Part shown: in pieces, positions 25,275 through 35,882 of the stretch
Numbering within the stretch: position 1 is the first letter of the stretch
Layout: the number at the start of each line of letters is the position of its first letter
NCBI RefSeq assembly: GCF_046119375.1
Contig: NW_027362762.1
Location: 106,082,001-106,146,000, forward strand
From: Phyllobates terribilis
Lineage: Eukaryota
Length of the DNA: 64,000 bases
Direction of reading: 5' to 3'
The notes under the pieces: model-generated
The model's input: only the letters and a program-made list of their open reading frames with translations
The model's database searches: none
Told to the model about the DNA's origin: nothing
Position numbers and translations under genes: made by a program

Positions 25275-26299
25275 TGTGGCACCCCAGGGGTCCGGTTGCC
25301 ACAGTGGCATTGCCTCCCTCACAAGAGGTGATGCCATGCCTGGAAGCAAGCAGGGGTCCCCTAGTCAGGTATACTAGCATGCAACACTTTCCTGGCTCCA
25401 GACCAGCAAGGGGAGCTCCTCCCCTTAGCAACTGGAATCTGGAGGCAGGGGTTAGTTAGTTAGTTAGTTAGTGAGAGGAGTTGAAGTCAGGACGTCGACG
25501 AGGAAAGACCTAGGGAGTGGAGCTGCACGGCAGTTCACCCCAGAGGAGAGAAGCGCAGAAGAACCGGACACTGGAGTCCAAGGTTGTGGGGCACTGAAGG
25601 CCCAGCAGCAGAAACCGGAGGGCAGGAGACTGCAGGTCTCCTGGCCCCATCAGACACCCGGAGGCTCAGCAGCACATAGGGCCCAGCACCACCACGTGGG
25701 AGCGACACTCCAGGAAGGCCCGAGCTGTCTGCCATACGGGTGAGCACAAAGACGTTTTACTCAGGGACGAGGGCCACAGCACAGCTACAAGCAGCAGGGT
25801 CAAAGAGATTAGTGCAAAGGGAAGGCCTAAAACTTCACCTGGTGAGGTGGATTCCCAACTTTCTTCCAGGCTGCCCGGACCTCTACTACAAACTAGTACC
25901 CGTACCCCGGTCTGCCTAACCACCGCAAGTAAAGATAAGAGGAAACCGCCATTAAGTTGTGGACTGATCATTAACTGCGCCATCCCCTGCCCTACACTGC
26001 ACAGCAACATCTATAACATCACCATTTCCTGCCCTGGAGCTAAGCTCTGCCTGTGGAGAGCTGAACCAATTCTGCTGCACTAACATCAGCTCCAGAGGAC
26101 CTGCTCCGCAGCGGCGGCTCCCTTTTGCCGCATACCACAAGTGGCGTCACGAACTTTATATAAAAACTATAACCCCCTTTCCCAAATTCCCCTTTTATTG
26201 ACCGCCCTGGGTCACGGACCGGGTCACCGCCACTGTGACATCTCCCCTAGCAACGACCGGCCTGGCTACCGAGTACCCCACGGCCCAGGGGGCGAGTCA
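25275..26299 (+). repeat. 5' LTR of provirus B (1025 bp)
   Basis: TG...CA; direct repeat of 34865-35882. Confidence 0.95.
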
Positions 26300-26302
26300 A
26301 CT

Positions 26303-26320
26303 TGGCGTCACGAACAGGAT
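26303..26320 (+). promoter_or_regulatory. Primer binding site TGGCGTCACGAACAGGAT, complementary to a tRNA-Ser(CGA) 3' end
   Basis: 3 nt after the LTR end; its reverse complement ATCCTGTTCGTGACG-CCA matches the vertebrate tRNA-Ser(CGA) 3' end as recalled. Confidence 0.85.
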
Positions 26321-27142
26321 TCGCGAAGCCCGGTATGACCAGGTCCTGAGTACTACAAAGACTGTGTATAACTGTATAAACTGCAGCCATTACTGTAGCA
26401 CATGCGGAGTTAATGATATGTGGGGTGTCCCATCGTGGGCGGAGCCTCAAAATCGGCGCCAAAATAGGGCCCTCCCACTTGCATAGACTGTACCAGAGTT
26501 GTCTGTCACTCAGGCTGAAAGGTGCCAGCCTTCCCCTTTGCATCAGACTGAGCCCTGCAGAGGGCTGTGTGATCCCATCCATCCATCCCAGCTACTTCAG
26601 CTCTGTGAATACAAGTGTAAGAAGCTGTGCAGCAAGAGTGCAGCTGTACAGTGACTGGCAGAGCAGCAGACTGGTATGTCAGCAGAAACCCAGGACCTGG
26701 CTGAGGTTCACTAGGGGGGAGGAAGATGCCCAACCTGGGAGAGGACTCAGCCGCGGATGCGGCCGCCGCCACTGTAATGCCATTATCAATGCCATATATA
26801 CCAGGGGCGGCGTGGTTGCCCCAGTACTCAGGGGAGTCGCACACCCTGAGCGACTTTGAGGAGAGACTGCGCAGTTTGTTTAAAGTGTACCCCCTGTCTG
26901 AGGAGCAAAAAGTCAGCATCCTCATAGGACAGCTAATCGGTGCAGCCCAGAGAGAAGTGAAGTCCTGGCCAGGCAGGGACAAAGGCACTGTTAAGGAAAT
27001 ACTGGCCCCGTTAAAGAATATCTTTGACACTCGCACCGCAGCAGAGATTAAAATGAAGTTCTACGGGTGCAAGCAAAGGGTGCAGGACAGTTTATGGGAC
27101 TATGCTCTAAACCTGCAGGAGGCGCTGCGGGCCATTAAACAG

Positions 27143-28625
27143 AAATGAATAAACGATGGCCCACCTTATGAAGCTGACCGGTCCGTGGTGTCTGGTCACG
27201 AGTTCCAGACCCTTGGCCGGTTGTTGCCTACTCGTATACCAAGTATTTTTTAAGGAAGGAGAAGACATGAGTTTTACAGCATGAAGAACATGATTTTATT
27301 AAGATAAGCAAACTAGTGCATACAAAGTCATTTCATATAAATTACAATACAGGGGAAGTAAAGTGCTTAGTGCCAGGTGTCAGGGGATCCCGCGGAAGAT
27401 GCAACAGCCGGGTTGGATATATATGAGTTATTATGTAAACGAGTTCAGGGTGGGTATACAGACATACACCCAAAGTGCTAGACTGCTAGTGTACAGTACA
27501 GACCAAAAGTTTGGACACACCTTCTCATTTAAAGATTTTTCTGTATTTTCATGACTATGAAAATTGTACATTCACACTGAATGCATCAAAACTATGAATT
27601 AACACATGTGGAATTATATACTTAACAAAAAAGTGTGAAACAACTGAAAATATGTCTTGTATTCTAGGTTCTTCAAAGTAGCCACCTTTGCTTTGATGAC
27701 TGCTTTGCACACTCTTGGCATTCTCTTGATGAGCTTCAAGAGGTAGTCACCGGAAATGGTCTTCCAACAATCTTGAAGGAGTTCCCAGAGATGCTTGGCA
27801 CTTGTTGGCCTTTTTGCCTTCACTCTGCGGTCCAGCTCACCCCAAACCATCTCGATTGGGTTCAGGTCTGGTGACTGTGGAGGTCAGGTCATCTGGCGTA
27901 GCACCCCATCACTCTCCTTCTTGGTCAAATAGCTTGGAGGTGTGTTTGGGGTCATTGTCCTTTTGAAAAATAAATGATGGTCCAACTAAACGCAAACCGG
28001 ATGGAATAGCATGCCACTGCAAGATGCTGTGGTAGCCATGCTGGTTCAGTATGCCTTCAATTTTGAATAAATCCCCAACAGTGTCACCAGCAAAGCACCC
28101 CCACACCATCACACCTCCTACTCCATGCTTCACGTTGGGAACCAGGCATGTAGAGTCCATCCGTTCACCTTTTCTGCGTCGCACAAAGACACGGTGTTAA
28201 TTCATAGTTTTGATGCCTTCAGTGTGAATGTACAATTTTCAAAGTCATGAAAATACAGAAAAATCTTTAAATGAGAAGGTGTGTCCAAACTTTTGGTCAG
28301 TACTGTAAGTAATAACAGATTGTAGTAAAAAGTGCAAGCAGTCACATATGTAGCCCGACCCATCCCATACATATCAGTGCAACCTCATGTATAAAACTCA
28401 CCCAGCTTCAATGCCCGCACAGTCAGCACATCGATGGGACCCCAACACCACTGGTACCGATGAGAGTAACGTGCCTGACACCTGGCACTATGCACTTTAC
28501 TTCCCCTGTATTGTAATTTATATGAAATGACTTTGTATGCACTAGTTTGCTTATCTTATTTTAAAAAATCATGTTCATGCTGTAAAACTCATGTCTTCTC
28601 CTTCCTTTAAAAAAAAAAAAAAAAA
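27143..28625. mobile_element. Unclassified insertion with 14-bp TSD, terminal poly(A) and ~140-bp inverted repeats
   Basis: GGGCCATTAAACAG at 27129-27142 and 28626-28639; A-tail before the right TSD; IR 27246-27384 / 28474-28612. Confidence 0.85.
27494..28305 (-). mobile_element. Internally deleted Tc1 nested in the gag insertion
   Basis: ta|CAGTACAGACCAAAAGTTTGGACAC...GTGTCCAAACTTTTGGTCAGTACTG|ta; fragments VKHGVGGVMVWGCFAG, FQKDNDPKHT and WGELDRRV. Confidence 0.92.
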
Positions 28626-29861
28626 GGGCCATTAAACAGGTAGACCCCGACAGTGTGCGAGACGAGGACAGATTGCTAACTGAGCAGTTTATTGAGGGGC
28701 TCCTGTCTGACGCTCACCGGACACAGCGGCGCCTTATGGCTCTGCAAAACCCTGATCTGGACTTTGCGCAATTTAAAGACCGAGCCATCCGGGTGCTACG
28801 AGAATCAACCCCAAGTGGCACTGCACCCCTCCGGTGCCCAGCTATCACATACCACCAGGAGGTGGCGTCCTTTTCCCCAGCACCTGTGGAGGCTGACGCG
28901 CAGACCCTAGATAATGACCCGTCTGCAGACCTACGCCTTCAGGTTCAGGAGCTGACCAAAAGTGTGGCTACACTAACCAAAACCGTGCAAGTGTCTCCAA
29001 AGGAAAGAATCCAGCTGGCTTCCAGTCCAGATGACGTCCCGTGGCGACGGCAGAGAAGAATTCCACCGACCAGAGGGAGAAACCGCAATTGCTACGACCA
29101 GAACGGACAACCCATCTGTTGCCACTGTCAAAAGGCGGGGCACATCGCAAGATTCTGCAACTTAAACGAGCAACCCCTGGGGCAGAGGGTCAACCCCCAA
29201 GGAGTAAGACAACCGGGCCCACAAAGCTGGCGAGACAAGTACGTGGGAGGACGACCGGTCCTACCTGTTGTGCTTGATGGCATTCTGATGAACGCATTGC
29301 TGGACACTGGTTCCCAGGTGACAACGATGCCATATATCCTTAATAAACGATACTGGACTGACTCAGACATTACCCGCAGTCCAGATGAACATCTTAACAT
29401 CTATGCCAGCAATGGTCAGCCCTTGCCTCAGGTGGGCTATAAAGAGGTGACCATAAAAGTTGGCCGAGTAGAATTGCCATCACAAGGAATGATTATTGTT
29501 GATATTGATCGCCGAGAAAGTCATCCTATGATAACTATAGGCACCAATGTGATAGAGAATTGTCCTGGGGAAATTATTCTTTTGTTGCAACAGGTCGCAG
29601 AGACTGCCAGTTCCAGTCAGCAGCAAGTTCTGCAGAAGGAAATCAGAGCCCTGATGAAAAGACAACAGGTAGAGCTGTCTGGTGGAGAAGTCTGCAGTGT
29701 CAGGATGAGTGATCCATTCCCCATTGCAATGCCCCCTAGGAGTGAAATGTTAATATGGTGTCGGGCAACAATAGATCTCAGTGGTCAAGATTATCAGGCC
29801 CTGGTAGAACCCGTGTACTCTGATAGTAGGCCCACCATCTGGACAGTCAGGGGGGTAGTCT

Positions 29862-32800
29862 ATGTCCGCAAGGGGAAGAGTACCGATACGTATCCTGAAT
29901 TGTGGGGAGAAAGAGGTCCATTTACCCCGGTATGCCACTCTTGCTAAGCTGTTCACTGTCAGTAACAATGCAATAAAGGCAGTGGAACCCTTGCCTCCGT
30001 CCAAACCGGCAGAGGATAATGGCTCCAAGGGACAGGTGGAGGATTGGTGTCAGAAGTTACTAGTGGGCACTGACTCCACCCCTTTGCACCAAAAGCATGG
30101 AGTATACCGGGTGGTCAAAAAATATGAGCGAGTCTTCAGCACACACCCACTAGATTTTGGGCAGGTAAAAGGGGTCGAACATCATATCCCCACGGGAGAT
30201 CATCCGCCCATTAAAGAGAGGTACCGGCCTGTACCCCCAGCTCACTATCAATGTGCCAAAGGAATGTTACGGGAGATATAGGAGGCTGGGGTGATCAGAG
30301 ATAGTTGTAGCCCCTGGGCAGCTCCATTAGTTCTCGTTAGAAAGAAGGATGGTACAATGAGGATGTGTGTTGATTACAGGCAGATTAACCGCATTACACA
30401 TAATTGAGGAATCATTAGCAGCATTCAGATCAGCTAACTATTTCTCCACTTTGGATCTCACCAGTGGGTACTGGCAGGTTCCTGTGGCAGAGGCGGACAG
30501 AGAAAAGACCGTGTTTACAACACCAATGGGCCTCAGCGAGTTCAACTGAATGCCATTCGGGCTCTGCAATGCCCCAGGAACCTTCCAGCGGTTAATGGAG
30601 TGTTGCCTAGGACACAAAAACTTTGAAACCATCCTGCTGTACGTAGATGATGTAATCGACTACTCAAAGACATATGAAGACCACCTGGAGCACCAGGCCG
30701 AGGTGTTCGAAGCCCTATCTGGTTATGGCCTGAAAGTAAAACCGTCCAAGTGCCACCTGTTGAAGCCCAAGGTGCAGTACCTAGGTGATGTGGTAAGCGC
30801 TGAAGGTGTAGCTCCAGACCCTGAAAAAGTCTCTGTGATCAAGGACTGGCCAAGACCCTCCACTATCAAGGAAGTGCGGCAGTTCCTTGGGCTGGTAGGC
30901 TACTACAAGAGATTCATCAAGGGTTTCACCAAGATAGCGGCACCCATGCAGGACCTCTTAGTGGGCCAGTCCAAGAAGGCCAAGAACCCAAAACCTCCGT
31001 TCAAATGGGGTAAACCAGAAGACTAATCTTTCACTCGACTGAAAATGGCTCTTACTGGAGACGAAGTCCTGGCCTACCCCGACTATGGCCAACCCTTTGT
31101 ACTCTATACGGATGCCAGCAACGTGGGATTGGGAGCGGTGCTGTCCCAGGTACAGCAGGGCAGAGAGATAGTGATTGCCTACGCCAGCAGGAAGCTCCGT
31201 CCTACGGAAAGGAACCCCAACAACTATAGTTCCTTCAAGTTGGAGTTTTTAGCCATAGTCTGGGCTGTAACAGAGCGCTTCAAACACTACCTCGCCTCCT
31301 CCAGATTTACAGTCTTCACAGACAACAACCCGCTGACGCACCTGGAGACTGCGAAGCTTGGTGCCCTAGAGCAACGATGGATGGCCCGATTGTCTAACTA
31401 TGAGTTTACCATTGTAGTGCCGGCGTCCCTGCCCTCTGCTAGGCAGGGACGCTGTTCCCCTCACCGCTCTGCTCCGTGCCCGGCGTCCCTCTCCCGCTCT
31501 GCTGGCAGCGCGCGCTCCTTCCCGGCCACTGTGCTTAGGGCGCGCGCGCGCGCCCTCCCTCCCTCTTAAAGGGGCCGCGCGCGCCGTCCTAAGGAGTCCC
31601 CGGCCAATGGCCGGAGGACTTTACCATATATAAGGCACCTCCTCCAAAATGGAGGTGCCCGAGCAATGTTGTTGCACCGTTCTACTCTGCTTCAGCCCTC
31701 AGGTCCCTTGCCAGTTACCTGCCAGTTTCCTGCCAGATTCCTGCCAGCTTGCTGTCCTAATCCTGCCTGATTTCCTGTTACCTGCCTGCCTGCCTGAGGT
31801 CCGACGGTCTGCCTTACAACTCCGGTCAGTCTGTCTAAGGACCAACTTGCCCGCTCACCTGGGAGCGCACATCAGCTACCTGCCTGTTTGCCTGAGGTCC
31901 GACGGTCTGCCTTACAACTCCGGTCAGTCTGTCTATGGACCAGCTTGCCCGCTCACCTGGGAGCACTTCTCCGCTACCTGCCTGCTTGCCTGCCCGGAGG
32001 CTCCGCTGTCACGTGCTGTGACCACCAGCTATTCCAGACTCTTGCCCGCTCACCTGGGAGCGCTTCTCCGCTACCTGCCTGCTTGCCAGCCCGGAGGCTC
32101 CGCTGTCACGTGCTGTGACCACCAGCTATTCCAGACTCTTGCCCGCTCACCTGGGAGCGCTTCTCCGCTACCTGCCTGCTTGCCTACCTGGAGGCTCCGC
32201 CGTCACGTGCTGTGACCACCTGCTATTCCAGAGACTCTCGCTTGCTCACCTGGGAGCACACATCCTCCATCTGCCTTGCTAGCCTACCTGGAGGTTCAGC
32301 CATCACAGGTCGTACCTACCCTTTACCTAGAGACTGCCCCGGTCACTTGCCGTGACCTCCAGCCCGTTCTTCCAGAGACTGCCCTGATCACTTGCCGTGA
32401 CCTCCTGCCCGTACACCCAGAGACTGTCCCGGTCACCTGCTGTGACTGCCTGCCTGGTCGCCACCCGCTCCCTTACAAGGACCGCTCCCTTGTATAGTAG
32501 CCCAGAGGTTCCGCCTCCCAGACCCGTTACAACCATCAAGTATCGGGCTGGGCATAAAAACACCAATGCTGATGCGCTGTCCAGGCAGCCCAACTTGCCA
32601 GATGGGGGAGAAGACCCGGAAGATCTGGAGGAGATTGAGCTACCCGCTTTCCATCGTCACGGGGTGACCCAGTGCTCCCACTGTGTGAGGGACAAGCGCT
32701 CCGTCAACAGAGAGGCCACGTTTAACCCATTGCCCCACCATGGATGGGCAGAGACGCAGGATAGCGACCAGGCTGTCCGCCTGGTAAAGGAGTTGCTGAC

Positions 32801-33960
32801 ACAAGCTGATTCGCACCCTGATCCAGATTCTCCACAGGAGGCCCAACAGTTGTGGAAGGAGAAGGGCAAACTGTTCATCTACAAGGGAAAGCTGTGTGGA
32901 AGTATCCACTCCCGGACACACGAACTGTTCTGGCAGGTGGTAGTCCCGAGGCGGGATGTGCCAATGGTCTTAGAAGCATACCACAATGGAGCAGGACACT
33001 TCGGGTGTAAGAAGTTGGAAGTCCTGCTACGTGAGCTATTCTACTGGGTTGGCATGAGGAAAGCAATCGAGAGATGGTGTTGAGAATGTGGTCCATGTAA
33101 CCTGAGACGGAAAGACCGTGACAGCCAGGGGGCTCCCCTGCAGCCCATAATCTCCAAACAACCACTTGAACTGGTAGCCTTGGACCACGTGAAGCTAGCC
33201 CTACGCTCTCACCATAGTAGACCACTACTCCAGGTTCTTGGTAGTAGTGCCAGTGAAAGATCAGATGGCTCAGATGGCTGCCAAAGCGTTTCAACAACAC
33301 TTTTGTCGCCCACACAGTTACCCTGAACGAGTGCTGACCGACCAAGGTCCAGCATTTGAAGCAGAAGTGTTCCAAGAACTCTGTAACTTGTACGGCTGCA
33401 AGAAAATGAGGACGACGCCATATCATCCCCAGACCAACGGGTTGTGCGAGAAAATGAACCAGGTGGTGATAGACCTGTTGAAGACGTTGCCCCTTGAAGA
33501 ACATAGCCTGTGGCTAGAGAAGTTACCCGATTTGGTGGACCTATATAACCACATCCCGGTGAACTCCACCAACTGTACACCCGCTTACCTGATGAGAGCA
33601 AGACCTGGTAAGCTACCCATTGACTTAGATATGGGAGTTTTAACACCAGAGACAACATCACCAGATGCAGATTGGGATACAGAGCGGCAGCAACAATACC
33701 GCAAGGTGCAAGAATGTGTGGAAAGAAGTTTGTCCCAGGTGAGACAGAAGCAGGAGAAAACTTACAATCAGCACGCACCTGCCGTTACCTTATCACCTGG
33801 AGACCAGGTACTTAAGAGGAAGAGACGAGTCCATAAATTAATGACCAGTGGGAGGTTGAGCCATACACCATCCTACCCTCGAATTACGATAACACCAAAG
33901 TGTGCCTCATCAGTAAAGATGGAGGGGAAACTTCAGCGGCAGTCTCAAGAGACCACCTGA
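29862..33960 (+). pseudogene. Gypsy pol: RT, RNase H, integrase (stops, frameshifts, deletions)
   Basis: RT SPWAAP/VDYRQIN/DLTSGYWQ/YVDDV; RH LYTDASNVGLGAVLSQ; IN HNGAGH...C*ECGPC, TDQGPAFE, TTPYHPQTNGLCE; in-frame TGA/TAA near 30547, 31024 and 33081. Confidence 0.93.
31413..32531 (+). mobile_element. Nested solo LTR of an unrelated family (1119 bp), 5-bp TSD ACCAT
   Basis: accat|TGTA...TACA|accat; removal restores YEFTIKYRAGHKNTNADALSR; TATATAA near 31627; internal ~97-99-bp tandem units. Confidence 0.92.
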
Positions 33961-34855
33961 AGATATGTCCTGAACAGTTGAAACACAAAGAAGAAGACCA
34001 AGACAGCCCTCAGCCCACAGAAGAGGTGGAAGAAATGGTCCAGATAGTCCTTGGAGCATTTCCCCGGTCTTGGACGCAGGTGAACAGAGGAATTGTGGTA
34101 TCTGTCCTGACCTTTCTCCAAGCGGCCTTACCGGAAGCTGCAGAGGCTCCAGAACATCTGCAAGACCAGTCGGCCCCAGAGACAGATGCTTCATCAGCAG
34201 CAGATCAGGAGACTCTACCCTCTGCTAGCAGTGAACCTGTCGTACCCAGGGTGAGTCAAAGAATTCGTAGGAGATTACACAGCCTACCGGTGTTACCTCA
34301 GACTACCTGTAGTGTAGTTCACCCTGAACCCACCACACCAGGGGTAGACACAAGGGACCTTGGTAGGTTAGTAACAACAAATGTACTACGTAGATTGACC
34401 CGGAGTACTAAAGGTCAGCTCCCTGCCCGCTGGAGGAACTAAAGTGTATGTTATATATAGTTGTAACCGTTAAATAATCTTGGATATATATGGTTGCTAA
34501 ATTTATAGACAATTGGACCACAGGACTAGGTGTGGTCAGGACAATGTTGAAAATAGTTAATAATTGGCCTTGAAAATAAACCACAGGCGTGGCTGAAGAC
34601 CAGGCCCAACTACAGCGTGCCCTGAAGCCACGCCTAGGAACAATACACAAAGTGGGTTGATGCGGTTCCCACCAGCCAAAAGACAATCCCCAGATTGTGG
34701 CGTAAAGACTAAGCGCCGCAGTGACTGCTACCAATTATTGTTTTTTTTTGTGATTTTTGCTTTTTGAGATTTTGTAAACTATTTGTAATGTGAATTGTTA
34801 TTGTTAATTGTTAATTCAAAAAGGTTTCCTCAGTCTGGGAGTACTGAAGTTAACT

Positions 34856-34864
34856 AGGGGGGAA
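34856..34864 (+). promoter_or_regulatory. Polypurine tract AGGGGGGAA
   Basis: Directly abuts the TG of the 3' LTR; identical to 532-540. Confidence 0.85.
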
Positions 34865-35882
34865 TGTGGAACCCCAGGGGTCCGGTTGCCACAGTGGCAT
34901 TGCCTCCCTCACAAGAGGTGATGTCATGCCTGGAAGCAAGCGGGGGTCCCCTAGTCAGGTATACTAGTTTGCAACACTTTCCTGGCTCCAGACCAGCAAG
35001 GGGAGCTCCTCCCCTTAGCAACTGGAATCTGGAGGCAGGGGTTAGTTAGTTAGTTAGTTAGTGAGAGGAGTTGAAGTCAGGACGTCGACGAGGAAAGACC
35101 TAGGGAGTGGAGCTGCACGGCAGTTCACCCCAGAGGAGAGAAGCTCAGAAGAACCGGACTCTGGAGTCCGAGGTTGTGGGGCACTGAAGGTCCAGCAGCA
35201 GAAACCGGAGGGCAGGAGACTGCAGGTCTCCTGGCCCCATCAGACGCCCGGAGGCTCAGCAACATGATAGGGCCCAGCACCGCCACGTGGGAGCGACACT
35301 CCAGGAAAACCGAGCAGCCTGCCATACGGGTGAGCACAAAGACGTTTTACTCAGGGACGAGGGCCACAGCACAGCTACAAGCAGCAGGGCCAAAGAGATT
35401 AGTGCAAAGGGAAGGCCTAAAACTTCACCTGGCGAGGTGGATTCCAAACTTGCTTCCAGGCCGCCCGGGCCTCTACTACCAGGTAGTACCCATGCCCCGG
35501 TTTGCCTAACCACCACAAGTAAAGATAAGAGGAAACCGCCATTAAGTTGTGGACTGATTATTAACTGCGCCATCCTCTGCACTACACCGCACAGCAACAT
35601 CTATAAAATCACTACTTCCTGCCCTGGAGCTAAGCTCTGCCTGTGGAGAGCTGAACCAACTCTGCTGCGTCACCATCAGCTCCAGAGGATCTGCACCGCA
35701 GTGGCGGCTCCATATAGCCGCATACCACAGGTGGCGTCACGAACATTATATAAAAACTATAATCCCCTTTCCCAAATTTTATAGACCGCCCTGGGTCACG
35801 GACCGGGTCATCGCCACTGTGAGATCTCCCCTAGCAACGATCGGCCCGGCTACCGAGTACCCACGGCCCGCAGGGCGCATCA
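34865..35882 (+). repeat. 3' LTR of provirus B (1018 bp)
   Basis: TG...CA followed by TSD ctac. Confidence 0.95.

Larger units (their letters stand above)
26726..29947 (+). pseudogene. Gypsy gag (PNMA-like capsid, CCHC knuckle) plus protease, interrupted at 27143-28625
   Basis: ...LRAIKQ|VDPDSVRDED reads in frame once the insert is removed; CCHCQKAGHIARFC knuckle; protease LLDTGSQVT. Confidence 0.9.
25275..35882 (+). mobile_element. Full-length decayed Ty3/Gypsy provirus B with nested insertions
   Basis: ctac|TG...CA|ctac 4-bp TSD; paired LTRs, PBS, gag-PR-RT-RH-IN order, PPT. Confidence 0.96.

Noticed and set aside
26209-26227. GGGTCA-n6-GGGTCA as a retinoic acid response element
   Set aside because: Spacing of 6 is not DR1/2/5; the first half-site is missing in two LTRs; better explained as a retroelement motif.
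31790-32240. Repeat-spacer appearance suggesting CRISPR
   Set aside because: Eukaryotic LTR tandem units with no unique spacers and no cas genes.
32875-33778. 189-209-aa minus-strand ORFs
   Set aside because: Antisense shadows of integrase with no recognisable motifs.
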